This document shows, in pieces, positions 28,232-37,931 of a stretch of DNA of 64,000 nt. Every line of letters starts with the position of its first letter. Within the stretch, counting starts at the first letter, position 1. The DNA lies in contig CAVRAI010000003.1 in the NCBI GenBank assembly GCA_963718915.1, positions 642,103 through 706,102 of the forward strand, written 5' to 3'. Below the pieces are notes generated by a model. That model had not been told where the DNA came from. It worked only from the letters and a program-made list of their open reading frames with translations, and made no database searches. Position numbers and translations under genes: made by a program. This DNA comes from an uncultured Chloroflexia bacterium (GTDB lineage Bacteria; Chloroflexota; Ktedonobacteria; Ktedonobacterales; JADMIN01).

Positions 28232-28465
28232 ATGACAACGCTTGATTGGTTTCTCTCCGTGACGTTCATCATGTTGTATTTCTTCATGATTTTCACGGTC
28301 TGTTTCCTGACCTTCCAGAAGGGCCACATCGTGCTGGGGATCGTCGGGATCTTCCTGCCGATCCTCTGGCTCATCGGGGCAATCCTCCCGGCGAAGCGTG
28401 GGTCGCGCTACGAAGCCCAGCAGGCTATGCGCGATCAAGCACAGATTGAAGAAATGACCCGTTGA
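28232..28465 (+). CDS. Small two-TM protein (77 aa), paralogue of 25885..26118
   Basis: ORF 28232..28465 with GGAGG upstream. MTTLDWFLSVTFIMLYFFMIFTVCFLTFQKGHIVLGIVGIFLPILWLIGAILPAKRGS. Confidence 0.65.
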   Translation: MTTLDWFLSVTFIMLYFFMIFTVCFLTFQKGHIVLGIVGIFLPILWLIGAILPAKRGSRYEAQQAMRDQAQIEEMTR

Positions 28466-28540
28466 AGAGGACACCGTTGCTTATCGTGATCGTGAAACGG
28501 AGACAAGCGCTCGATCACAGACACGCCTGAGAGGTGCGGT

Positions 28541-29404
28541 ATGACCAAAGAGCCATCCCTTCGCCATCCATCCGAGATCCCCTGGTATGTCGTCTGCCTA
28601 GTGCTCAACCTGCTCATTCTCGCCGCGCTCATTGAGTTAGTTGTGTTTGTGTGGACCAATCCGTCCCTGTTGAATAATCAGGCGCTCACCGATACCGCCA
28701 TAGCCATCCTGTTCGGGCTGATCCTGTTGCCCCTGGCGTATGTGATCTATCGCAACTTGACGCGCGCGGCGACACGTGGCTCGGCGGTCCTCGTCTCAGA
28801 GCAGCAATTTCCCGAAATTGCCGCCGTGCGTGACACATTCGCGCGGCAGCTTCATCTACGCCGGGTACCGGAAGTCTATGTCATGTCCGGGAATGGCCAG
28901 TTGAATGCTTTTGCCGCCTCGGCATACCGCGTTGATTTTGTGGTTCTGCACAGCGAGTTGTTCGCCAATCTTTATCAGAATAATCGCGAAGGATTGGCGT
29001 TTATTGTCGGCCACGAAATGGGGCACATCCGGCTCAGCCACACCCGCCTGTGGTATCAGCTCTCGCTCGCGTTCATCAACCTGATCCCGGTGATTCCGGG
29101 ATTCCTCTCGCGGGCGCGCGAGTACTCCAGTGATCGACATGGCGCCTTTGTGGAACCACAGGGCGAGGAAGGGCTGGTGCTGCTGACGGCGGGCCGCTAT
29201 GTCTACCGGCAAGTGGATGTCACGAACTTGCTGGACCAGGCGGCGCATGTGCGCGGCTTCTGGCCAGAGGTTGCGCAACTCACCCAGTCCCATCCGCTCA
29301 CCGTCTGGCGCTTGAAGAAGCTCCATGATCTCGGCCTGTTTCCGGGACAGGGACAGCAACAATCCGCCCCTCCGTCAGGCGCACCCATGCCGACTGGGGC
29401 GTAG
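28541..29404 (+). CDS. M48 family metallopeptidase (HtpX-like), membrane-anchored
   Basis: Zinc motif FIVGHEMGHIRLSH, N-terminal TM helices and a later glutamate region (REYSSDRHG). Confidence 0.8.
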   Translation: MTKEPSLRHPSEIPWYVVCLVLNLLILAALIELVVFVWTNPSLLNNQALTDTAIAILFGLILLPLAYVIYRNLTRAATRGSAVLVSEQQFPEIAAVRDTFARQLHLRRVPEVYVMSGNGQLNAFAASAYRVDFVVLHSELFANLYQNNREGLAFIVGHEMGHIRLSHTRLWYQLSLAFINLIPVIPGFLSRAREYSSDRHGAFVEPQGEEGLVLLTAGRYVYRQVDVTNLLDQAAHVRGFWPEVAQLTQSHPLTVWRLKKLHDLGLFPGQGQQQSAPPSGAPMPTGA

Positions 29405-29492
29405 CATAAGCATCCTGTACACCTCTCATTCCACGATGGCGAATCTGTTTCGCCTGATATCATGAAGGACTAGCGACGTCAGTGGTGCACAC

Positions 29493-31211
29493 ATGAAGCT
29501 GCCACAGTGGCTACCAGGCGCGCACGTGCTCGCGAGTTATAAGCGCTCCTGGTTGCGCCGCGACATCGTGGCGGGCATCGTGCTGAGCACCCTGCTGGTG
29601 CCGCAAGGCATGGCCTACGCGGAACTGGCTGGCCTACCGGTCATTACGGGTCTCTATACAACAGTCCTCTGCCTGCTCGCTTATGCGGTCTTCGGGCCGT
29701 CACGCATCCTGGTGCTCGGCCCGGACTCGTCGCTCGGCCCCATGATTGCGGCGACCATCCTGCCCATCGTCGGCGCGAATGGCAATCCCGAACAGGCTGT
29801 CGCCCTGGCCTCGCTGCTCGCCCTCTTCGTTGGCGGCATCATGGTGGTCGCTGGGATCGCGAAACTTGGCTTCGTGGCCGATCTTCTTTCCAAGCCGACG
29901 CGGATCGGCTACATGAATGGCCTCGCATTGACGATCTTCATCGGACAACTGCCCAAATTGTTCGGATTCTCCGTAGACGCCAGTGGCCTGATCCACGAGG
30001 CGGTGGCGTTCGTACAGGGGCTGGTGGCGGGCAAGACAGTTGGCGCTGCCGTCTTCATCGGTCTGGTCAGTCTGGGGCTTGTCCTCGCGCTCGATCGCTG
30101 GCTGCCGCGGGTACCTGGCGTGCTCGTGGCCGTCCTCGTCGCGATTGCCGCGACGGCGCTCCTGAATTTAGGCGACCATGGTGTCGCGCTCGTCGGCACG
30201 CTGCCCCAGGGATTCCCGCCGTTGACGCTGCCGCGCAGCGTGTCTAATCTGCCGCTGCTCATTGGCGGCGCCCTTGGCATAGCGCTGGTCGCGCTCACAG
30301 ACACTATCTCGACCGCATCGGCGTTTGCCGCGCGCTCCGGGCAGGAGGTCAACGGCAATGGAGAGATGGTTGGTATTGGCGCCGCGAATATCGCCGCCGG
30401 ATTCTTTCAAGGCTTCCCGGTCAGCACAAGCGGGTCGCGTACCGCCGTCGCCGAGCACGCGGGGGCTAAGTCGCAGGTCGCTGGAGTCGTCGGCGCGGCA
30501 GTGATCGTGCTGATGCTGGTATTCGTACCGGGCCTGCTGAGAAACCTTCCACAGCCCACGCTTGCCGCTGTGGTGATCGCCGCCTCGATATCGCTGGCAG
30601 ACATCCCAGGTACCGTGAGGCTCTGGCGCCAGCGGCGCACCGAGTTCCTGCTCTCGATTGCGGCGTTTCTTGGTGTGGCTCTCCTCGGCGTCTTGCAGGG
30701 TATCGCGCTGGCAGTAGCGCTTTCAATTCTCAACGTGTTTCGCCGCGCCTGGTGGCCCTATCAAACAACACTGGGCCGCGTTCCTGACGTGCCCGGCGTA
30801 CATGACCGGCAGCAGCACCCCACTGCTGAGGTGTTACCTGGCCTCGTCATCTTCCGCTTTGACGCCCCGCTCTTCTTCGCCAATACTCGCGCCTTCCGCG
30901 ACCATATTCGCTACTTCGCCGCCACCGAGGAGAAGCTGCGCTGGATACTGATCGCCGCCGCGTCGATTACCGATGTCGATACCACCGCCGCCGACATGCT
31001 GGCCACGCTTGACGAGGAGATCAATGCGGACAATATCTCGCTGGTGTTTGCCGAACTCAAGGATCCCGTCCGCGAGAAACTCGAACGGTACGAGTTGATC
31101 GGGCATCTCGACCCTGCCCACTTCTTCCCGACGCTTGATGCCGCGATCAGCGCCTTCCGCGAGCAGACTGGCGCCCAGTGGGAGCCGCCGCGGCAAGTGG
31201 GGTCAAGCTGA
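29493..31211 (+). CDS. SulP family inorganic anion transporter with C-terminal STAS domain
   Basis: N-terminus SYKRSWLRRDIVAGIVLSTLLVPQGMAYAELAGLP, a multi-TM core and a C-terminal STAS-like region (LVIFRFDAPLFFANTRAF...). Confidence 0.9.
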   Translation: MKLPQWLPGAHVLASYKRSWLRRDIVAGIVLSTLLVPQGMAYAELAGLPVITGLYTTVLCLLAYAVFGPSRILVLGPDSSLGPMIAATILPIVGANGNPEQAVALASLLALFVGGIMVVAGIAKLGFVADLLSKPTRIGYMNGLALTIFIGQLPKLFGFSVDASGLIHEAVAFVQGLVAGKTVGAAVFIGLVSLGLVLALDRWLPRVPGVLVAVLVAIAATALLNLGDHGVALVGTLPQGFPPLTLPRSVSNLPLLIGGALGIALVALTDTISTASAFAARSGQEVNGNGEMVGIGAANIAAGFFQGFPVSTSGSRTAVAEHAGAKSQVAGVVGAAVIVLMLVFVPGLLRNLPQPTLAAVVIAASISLADIPGTVRLWRQRRTEFLLSIAAFLGVALLGVLQGIALAVALSILNVFRRAWWPYQTTLGRVPDVPGVHDRQQHPTAEVLPGLVIFRFDAPLFFANTRAFRDHIRYFAATEEKLRWILIAAASITDVDTTAADMLATLDEEINADNISLVFAELKDPVREKLERYELIGHLDPAHFFPTLDAAISAFREQTGAQWEPPRQVGSS

Positions 31212-31278
31212 CCGTGACGGTGTTGCTGTACGAGATCATCGGCACACGCGCGCATTCGGAGTATGAGGCTCTGGTCGG

Positions 31279-32961
31279 TCAGTTGAATCCAAGGCGTTTT
31301 GCTACCCAGCCATGCTCTTCGTGGAAATGTATCCCTTGCTGCTTTGCCTCTTCATCTGTCAAATAGGGGAGGAGATGGCCCACCAGCGGTTGTTGGGCTT
31401 TGAAACGACGTACATTCTCCTGAGCATGCTCAGTCATCAAGCGCAGACCAACCAGCGGGTCTCCCAGTGTCTCATCCAGGGAGTGCAGCAGTGCTTGTGC
31501 CTGCGCTTCGACCGCCGGACTTTGCTGCTGGTGACCCAGATAGCGGGCTACCTTCACGAGATTTTCTTCGCGCAGCAGCCCAAGGTGCTCCGCCCAGAGC
31601 AACAGGCGTAGGCCATGGGCTAGCTCGGGATTGAGCGTCGCGACATTCATTTCGGTATCATCGCGCATGCCGCGATTGTTCAAGTTCGCGGAGCCGACTG
31701 TGGACCAGAGATCGTCGACAATCGCGACTTTGGCGTGCACATAGATTGGGCGGTAGTCTTGTCCTCCCGAGGTCTCTGAGGATGTAGCCAGACAGAAGAC
31801 CTGGATCCGCCCCTGTGCCGTCGCGTCGGGCGCTTCTTCTCGCAAACGGGTCAGCCCCGCGTCGGTGAAGAAGCGGCCCACATTGGGATGATCTGGCAGC
31901 ACTATGGCGACGCTCGCGCCACGCTGCAACGCTGCCGCGAGTTCGCGAACATTGCGCTCCATGTCGGGGCTATCGGCTGCCTTCCAGTGGAGTCGGACAC
32001 CAACCCCGAGGGGTGAGATGTATGCATGGGTCCAGAAATACTGGTTTTCCAGATAGACAAACCGTTGCACATTGCTTAGGGCATTGGCGTAGAGCTGAGC
32101 GATGCCTTGAATGCCATCCTCTGGAGCGAAGTTATACGTGTGCGCCGGGATCGTCCGCGCTACCTGGATCAGGCTGTTGCTTTCCACAGGCGGCGGCAGC
32201 GGATGTTCGGGAACGAGCAACTGCTGATCCCACTCTTTGCGCTGGACGACATCATTCCAGCGCTGGCGAAAATTGCGTTCTACGTCTCCGGCGGCTGGTC
32301 CCTCGATCAGGGCGTGGGCATCGTGCCAGTTATGCGGAGTGGCGTTGTCCGTGTTACTTCGCAATGGCGAATAGTAGTGATGGAAATGGGTATCCCAGCG
32401 ATCATAGTCGCCATTGAGCTCGATCAGCATGTCGATGCCGCCAACGAAGGCATGTGTGCCGTCTATCACCGCGAGTTTTTGATGCAGTGACTCGATGGGA
32501 TGATGTCGAATACCGTGGGCGCTATCATCCAAAATGCAGGAAACGCCGACCGCATCCAGCTGCTCCTGCGCTGCTTTGGGATCGCAGTGAGAAAAGTGTT
32601 CGGAACTCGACCAAATCAGGACTTTCACCTCGACCCCTTTGCGGATCGCATGTCCCAGAACGGCCTGGACGGTCAGGTCATGCGCGCACCAGAAGTCAAT
32701 CTCAGCCTGCTGAAGGCCTTCGTCGCGAAGTTCTGCCAAGAGCGCCTCCTGTTCGGGGCTGCCATCTGATCCTGCGCGCTGATCTGACCCACGCACCAGT
32801 CTCATCAGGGGCGTCATTCCCCAGGCAGCAATGTAGATATATTTCCGCGCCATCAGGAAGTGGCGGCACATGGTGAGCATGGTGGCGTGCGCGTCGACAC
32901 CATAGGTCACCTGTGAATCGGCATGGACGGGCGAATCGCCCTCAGCCCACCAGTTGCTCAT
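31279..32961 (-). CDS. Phospholipase D-like domain protein (two HKD motifs), soluble
   Basis: HQKLAVIDGTHAFVGGIDM and HAKVAIVDDLWSTVGSANLN. Confidence 0.85.
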   Translation of the reverse strand: MSNWWAEGDSPVHADSQVTYGVDAHATMLTMCRHFLMARKYIYIAAWGMTPLMRLVRGSDQRAGSDGSPEQEALLAELRDEGLQQAEIDFWCAHDLTVQAVLGHAIRKGVEVKVLIWSSSEHFSHCDPKAAQEQLDAVGVSCILDDSAHGIRHHPIESLHQKLAVIDGTHAFVGGIDMLIELNGDYDRWDTHFHHYYSPLRSNTDNATPHNWHDAHALIEGPAAGDVERNFRQRWNDVVQRKEWDQQLLVPEHPLPPPVESNSLIQVARTIPAHTYNFAPEDGIQGIAQLYANALSNVQRFVYLENQYFWTHAYISPLGVGVRLHWKAADSPDMERNVRELAAALQRGASVAIVLPDHPNVGRFFTDAGLTRLREEAPDATAQGRIQVFCLATSSETSGGQDYRPIYVHAKVAIVDDLWSTVGSANLNNRGMRDDTEMNVATLNPELAHGLRLLLWAEHLGLLREENLVKVARYLGHQQQSPAVEAQAQALLHSLDETLGDPLVGLRLMTEHAQENVRRFKAQQPLVGHLLPYLTDEEAKQQGIHFHEEHGWVAKRLGFN

Positions 32962-32990
32962 CTATTCGGTTCCTCAATCCTGTGGCGCTA

Positions 32991-33599
32991 TCATGTCGGC
33001 GCTGTTCGCGTGCGCGCTCGTGGCCGCTCCGTCCGCGCTCTTGTCGGCGAATTCGGTTCCACCGCGATTTTCAGCTCACCGATCCGGCGCAGGGTGAAAT
33101 TCTCGCGCATCAGCGCAATCGGGTTGAAGATCAGGGCCTCCAGCGGATCCCAGAGACTCACCCAGGCGAAGAGCGAGATCGTGGCCGCAATGACCACCTG
33201 TACCGCCTGCGGTACTCCGGCAAGCGGGCCGGTGAACAGGAAATAGGTGACGCCAATGATCGCGGCGACGATGACCATCAGGCTGATCAGCCCCAGCGAA
33301 CTCCGAAAACGAATGAGATGAATCTCTACCTTGTTGTCTTCAATCTTCGCGCGGCAATAGCGATGCACAGCGTCCGCCAGCCGCCGGTCAAGCCCAGGCG
33401 TGATCTGGTCAGGTGGCATCCGTATTAGCAGGCGGGCGTTCTTCAGGTCGCGACGGTGGGCCTGCAACTGGCGCGTGATGTACGCCACCCCTGACATCCC
33501 CAGTATCTCAAGCTCGTTCTCCGAGAACGGATTGATCGCGGGGGCGTCGAACAACTGGTCGGGCGAGCTGACCGCAATCTCAAGGTCGCGAGTGGTCAT
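32991..33599 (-). CDS. Hypothetical membrane protein
   Basis: ORF 32991..33599. The start overlaps the GH15 stop by 20 nt, with GGGAG upstream. Soluble N-half, then 2-3 TM helices (LGLISLMVIVAAIIGVTYFLF, VVIAATISLFAWVSLW). Confidence 0.55.
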   Translation of the reverse strand: MTTRDLEIAVSSPDQLFDAPAINPFSENELEILGMSGVAYITRQLQAHRRDLKNARLLIRMPPDQITPGLDRRLADAVHRYCRAKIEDNKVEIHLIRFRSSLGLISLMVIVAAIIGVTYFLFTGPLAGVPQAVQVVIAATISLFAWVSLWDPLEALIFNPIALMRENFTLRRIGELKIAVEPNSPTRARTERPRARTRTAPT

Positions 33600-35514
33600 T
33601 CATCACTCCCTGTATTGCCCCCAGTTCCTCAAGGCTCACTCGTCCGGCGCCGTGGTCGAGCTGGTAGTCGAGGTTCAGGGCCGCGTTGATGAGCGCCAGG
33701 TGCGTGAATGCCTGGGGGAAGTTTCCCTGCTGCCCGCCAGTTAGCCCAATCTGCTCGGAGAACAGACCGAGGTGATTTCCATAGGTGGCCATCTTCTCGA
33801 AGACGAAGCGGGCATCTCCGAGACGACCGGAACGGGCGAGCGCATCCACGTACCAGTAGGTGGCGATAGAAAAGGTGCCTTCATGGCCGCGCAGCCCGTC
33901 AGGTGAGGCGCTCGGATTGTAGCGGTAGACCAGACTGTCGGAGACCAGCTCCTTGTCAATCGCGCGTAGCGTCGAGAGCCACATCGGGTCGTTCGGCGAG
34001 ATGAAGCCCACCAGCGGCATGAGCAGCAGTGAGGCGTCGAGCACATCGGTGTTGTAGTGCTGGACGAAAGCGCCGCGTTTGGCGTTCCATCCCCTCTCCA
34101 TAATCTGTTGATAGATCGCGTCGCGCGTGGCGGTGAGACGTGGCAGGTCCGCGGGCAGACCATGGTTGTTGGCGATGCGAATCGCCCGGTCCATGGCCAG
34201 CCATGACATGAGCCGTCCGTAGGTGAAGGGCTGCTGGCCGCCGCGCGTCTCCCAGATACCCTCCTCCGGCTGATCCCAGTGCTCGCAGAGCCAGTCGAGC
34301 ACTTCATGCAGACGTGTCCAGCCCTGGTGGCCGACGCGAAAACCCCGTGTGTCGGCCAGGTAGAGGCTATCCATCATTTCCCCATAGATGTCGAGCTGAA
34401 GCTGACTCGATGCCCCATTGCCGATGCGGACCGGTCGCGAGTCCAGATACCCCTTGAAGTGCTCCAGGCTTTCCTCGTGCAGGTCCGACGAGCCATCGAC
34501 GCGATACATGATGTTCAACGGGGGCGTTGCGCCACGTGTATCCACGTGATCGCTGATGCGATCACCTACCCATCGCAGGAAGGCCTCCGCTTCTTCCTCG
34601 TAGCCCAGGCCGAGCAGCGCATAGACCGAAAACGAGGCGTCACGTATCCAGGTATAGCGATAGTCCCAGTTGCGCTCGCCGCCAATCTCCTCGGGCAGCC
34701 CGGTCGTCACCGCGGCCACCAGCGCGCCGGTGGGAGCATAGGTCATCAACTTGAGCGTCATCGCCGAGCGGCTGACCGTCTCGCGCCAGCGTCCGTTATA
34801 CTTCGAGCGATTGAGCCAGTCCTTCCAGAACTGTCCTGTCTGTATCAGCATCCTGTCGACGGTCTTCGCGGAGGTCGTCCCTGGTGGGTTCTTACCGCCT
34901 GACTCTAGCACGACCGTCGCGACCTGCCCGGCGTGCAGCGTAAAGGTGGCGTGGACATCGTTTCCCTTGTGCGCCAGGTGGATGGGGTCAGGGGCCTGGG
35001 CAGTGGCGACGTGAATGGATGGGTCCACGGCCAGAGACGTGTCGACATGCAGCGTCAAGATAAGCTCAGAGGTGGAGAAGACGGCGCCTCGTTCGGCCAT
35101 GACCAGCTCGTGCTGATGGCGCCCGTAGTCGAAGCGCGGCGCGCAGTCGAGGGTAAAGCGCATGGAGCCACGAACCACACGCACTCGCCGCACCAACTCG
35201 TGATGCGCCGTGGCCACCTTCGGGCGATCAATCGGCATGAAGTCGATCAGTTCGCCGACGCCATTGGAGTTCATGAAGCGTGTGATGAGAATCGCCGAGT
35301 CGGGAAAGTAGAGTTGCCGGGTGACATAGTCTCGTTCAGCCGCCGCGATGCGGAAATAGCCGCCGCGGTCGTGGTCGAGCAGTTCGGCGAAGATGCTTGG
35401 CGAGTCGAAGCGCGGGCAGCAGTAGAAGTCGATGGAGCCATCTGTGCTGACCAGCGCTGCCGTCTGCAGGTCGCCGATCAATCCATGGTCGGCAATGGGT
35501 GGATAGCGGTTCAT
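33580..35514 (-). CDS. Glycoside hydrolase family 15 protein (glucoamylase/trehalase-like)
   Basis: N-terminus MNRYPPIADHGLIGDLQTAALVSTDGSIDFYCCPRFDSPSIFAELLD is the GH15 signature. 644 aa. Confidence 0.9.
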   Translation of the reverse strand: MNRYPPIADHGLIGDLQTAALVSTDGSIDFYCCPRFDSPSIFAELLDHDRGGYFRIAAAERDYVTRQLYFPDSAILITRFMNSNGVGELIDFMPIDRPKVATAHHELVRRVRVVRGSMRFTLDCAPRFDYGRHQHELVMAERGAVFSTSELILTLHVDTSLAVDPSIHVATAQAPDPIHLAHKGNDVHATFTLHAGQVATVVLESGGKNPPGTTSAKTVDRMLIQTGQFWKDWLNRSKYNGRWRETVSRSAMTLKLMTYAPTGALVAAVTTGLPEEIGGERNWDYRYTWIRDASFSVYALLGLGYEEEAEAFLRWVGDRISDHVDTRGATPPLNIMYRVDGSSDLHEESLEHFKGYLDSRPVRIGNGASSQLQLDIYGEMMDSLYLADTRGFRVGHQGWTRLHEVLDWLCEHWDQPEEGIWETRGGQQPFTYGRLMSWLAMDRAIRIANNHGLPADLPRLTATRDAIYQQIMERGWNAKRGAFVQHYNTDVLDASLLLMPLVGFISPNDPMWLSTLRAIDKELVSDSLVYRYNPSASPDGLRGHEGTFSIATYWYVDALARSGRLGDARFVFEKMATYGNHLGLFSEQIGLTGGQQGNFPQAFTHLALINAALNLDYQLDHGAGRVSLEELGAIQGVMNDHSRP

Positions 35515-35562
35515 CAGAGCGCACCTCCGTGTGAATGCACAATCAGGGTTGTGGCGGCCAGG

Positions 35563-36352
35563 TCAGACGTTGGCTTCCGCCGCCGGTGGCTTTGGTGTCG
35601 GTTGGGTTGGCTGGGTTGGCTGGGTTGGCTGGGGTCGCTGGCCCCAACTAGCGCGCAGAATGTGCAGGCTCACGACGAAGACCCATATCGGCAGGAGAAA
35701 CTCGATCCACGGCGCGAAGTTGATCGTCAGCAACAGGATGAGCGCGCATGTGTATCCGAAGATCGCATACCATCGGGGCAGAAAGGCGGTGCGCACCGCG
35801 AGGGTGGCGGTTGCGATCATGAAGACGCCAGCCATGCGCATCGCATAGATGGTCAGGAAGGAGCCGGTTACCTGAAGCTGGAACTTCCAGACGGCGTTTC
35901 CGGCTGATCCGGGAACGGAGTCTCGCGACGTTCGTCGCCAGGACGCCTCCCACCGCCGCGGACGCGAAGAGCATCGCGATAAACAGCAGTCCACTGCCCA
36001 GGAAGACAGTTGAGAAGAAGCGGTCTTCGCGGTCTCCCAAGTGGTCGCGCACAACTCCGATGAACCAGAGAAACGCGATGCCCGCAAAGGGTATGAGATT
36101 CAGGGCAAGCGCGACGATGTTCCGGTGAAAGGAGTCGGCAAGCCAGGAGCTGAGGTCACGCGAGCTAGCCATGACGGAGAGCCTGATGATGAGCAGGCTA
36201 ATCGAGAGTAGCACCGAGAAGATGATGCCAGCAATCGCGGCCGCGCGTGGCGTCCTGACCGCATGGCGCGCTTCGGGTAGCACCGTACTCACCCCGTCCC
36301 CCTTGTCGTGCATGTCATGCATGTCATGCATGAAGAGATGGTCACCGTACAA
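35563..36352 (-). pseudogene. Multi-TM membrane protein of unknown family, apparent frameshift near 35900-35945
   Basis: ORF 35648..36352 holds the N-terminal TMs up to AAVGGVLA. ORF 35563..36087 holds the C-terminal TMs (SFLTIYAMRMAGVFMIATATLAV...). They are in different frames of one gene. HDM and PTQ tandem repeats sit at the two ends. Confidence 0.5.
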
Positions 36353-36704
36353 CCCCTGTCACCAATAGGGTATGCTTGCGATCTGGCGAATGCGCCGCTC
36401 GCAGGACGGGACCGCTGGGACAGTCTTCTGCCCACCTAGCGGTTAGGTATCGGCCCACCTTCTGGCAGAAAGTCGGCGTGGAGCGGGCGATCCCTGCCGC
36501 TACGCATCGCGTGATTGTGTCTCGCGCCTGGGAGGGACACGCGCCGCACACCTCTCCCTGAGGCGGGTGGAAAATCAACCCTACAGACTATCCCTATGTG
36601 TCGTGTTCGATGACGCCTGTTGGGTTCAACTTTCACGAGGCGCACTATCACCAGATGCTTTCGTACGCGGAACAGCGCGCCGACGCGGAGAGGAGCAATC
36701 CGCC

Positions 36705-37931
36705 ATGGATTCGACCGACCGTCTTGATGGCGCAGGCAGCACAGGTGGTGTAGCGCCCAGAGTTGACCCATCCGCGCGGCGTCGTTTCTCCATCACGATC
36801 ACGACGCGCAGCCTCCTGCTGGCGGCGGCTATCGGCGTCGCCATCCTGGTTGGCGTGATTGTCATCACGCAGGCGCTGGGGACGTTGATCTCCCTTGTGC
36901 TGGCCATCATTCTTGGCGAGGCCATCCGGCCAGTGGTGGCCTGGTTGCGGAAGTATCGGATTCCCGCCCCACTGGCGGTTTTACTCATCTATGTGGTGGG
37001 CGCTGTGGTTTTCGGCGTGCTTATCTGGCTGCTGCTGAACCCAATCATCAGCCAGATCAACAATCTGACCACCCACCTCCCGGAGTATCTCCAGCGCCTT
37101 CAGCAACACGCAGACGATCTGGAGCGGCAACTGCGTGCTCAGAGCGCGCTCTCGGGCCTCATCGACACGATCTCCCAATCGCTGGCGAACCTCGCGCAAC
37201 AGTTTATCCCCAGGCTGATCGCGGTGCCCTTGGGGCTGCTAACTGGCGTCTTCAGCCTCTTCATCAATGCCGTGATCCTGCTGACGATGACCCTCTTCTG
37301 GTTTTTGGCTACGGACGAGCTCAAGCCGTTCGTCGTCGGGCTTTTCCCGGAAGCCTCGCAAGACCATGCGTCGCAGGTATTCACCGAGATAGGGCGGGCG
37401 TTCGGCGGCTACATTCGGGGCACGCTGATCGCTATGCTCTTGATTGGGAGCTTGACTGGCGCCGGCCTTGCGCTGCTCGGGGTGCCCTACGCCTTGCTGC
37501 TGGGGATCCTGGCCGGGTTCACCGAGCTCCTACCGTACCTGGGGCCGTGGATTAGTGGGACCGTCTCGGTTCTGGTTGCGCTAATTACGGTGGACCCGGG
37601 CAAAGCACTCCAGGTGGTCTTGTTGTTTATCTTGATCCAGAATATCGAGGGCAATGTGATAGAGCCGTTGGTGATGAGCCGTGCGGTGAAGATCAATCCG
37701 CTGGTGGTGATCGTTGCGGTGCTGATCGGGCTGGACCTGTTGGGAATCGTTGGCGCGATCCTGGCGGTGCCCGTTGCCGCAGCTATCCAGATCATCATAT
37801 TGCGCGTGCTGGCGCCAGCGATCCGTCGGTCGTCGGCATCCTCCGCGCCACCTCCCGTCGAGGTGATGACGGTCGAGTCGACCGCGCCACCCGATGCCAG
37901 CGTGGCGGGCCAACCTGTGACGGAGACGTGA
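36705..37931 (+). CDS. AI-2E family transporter (PerM/UPF0118)
   Basis: ORF 36567..37931, start at ATG 36705 (GGAGAGGAG upstream). FGGYIRGTLIAMLLIGSLTGAGLALLGVPYALLLGILAGFTELLPYLGPWISG. Confidence 0.85.
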   Translation: MDSTDRLDGAGSTGGVAPRVDPSARRRFSITITTRSLLLAAAIGVAILVGVIVITQALGTLISLVLAIILGEAIRPVVAWLRKYRIPAPLAVLLIYVVGAVVFGVLIWLLLNPIISQINNLTTHLPEYLQRLQQHADDLERQLRAQSALSGLIDTISQSLANLAQQFIPRLIAVPLGLLTGVFSLFINAVILLTMTLFWFLATDELKPFVVGLFPEASQDHASQVFTEIGRAFGGYIRGTLIAMLLIGSLTGAGLALLGVPYALLLGILAGFTELLPYLGPWISGTVSVLVALITVDPGKALQVVLLFILIQNIEGNVIEPLVMSRAVKINPLVVIVAVLIGLDLLGIVGAILAVPVAAAIQIIILRVLAPAIRRSSASSAPPPVEVMTVESTAPPDASVAGQPVTET

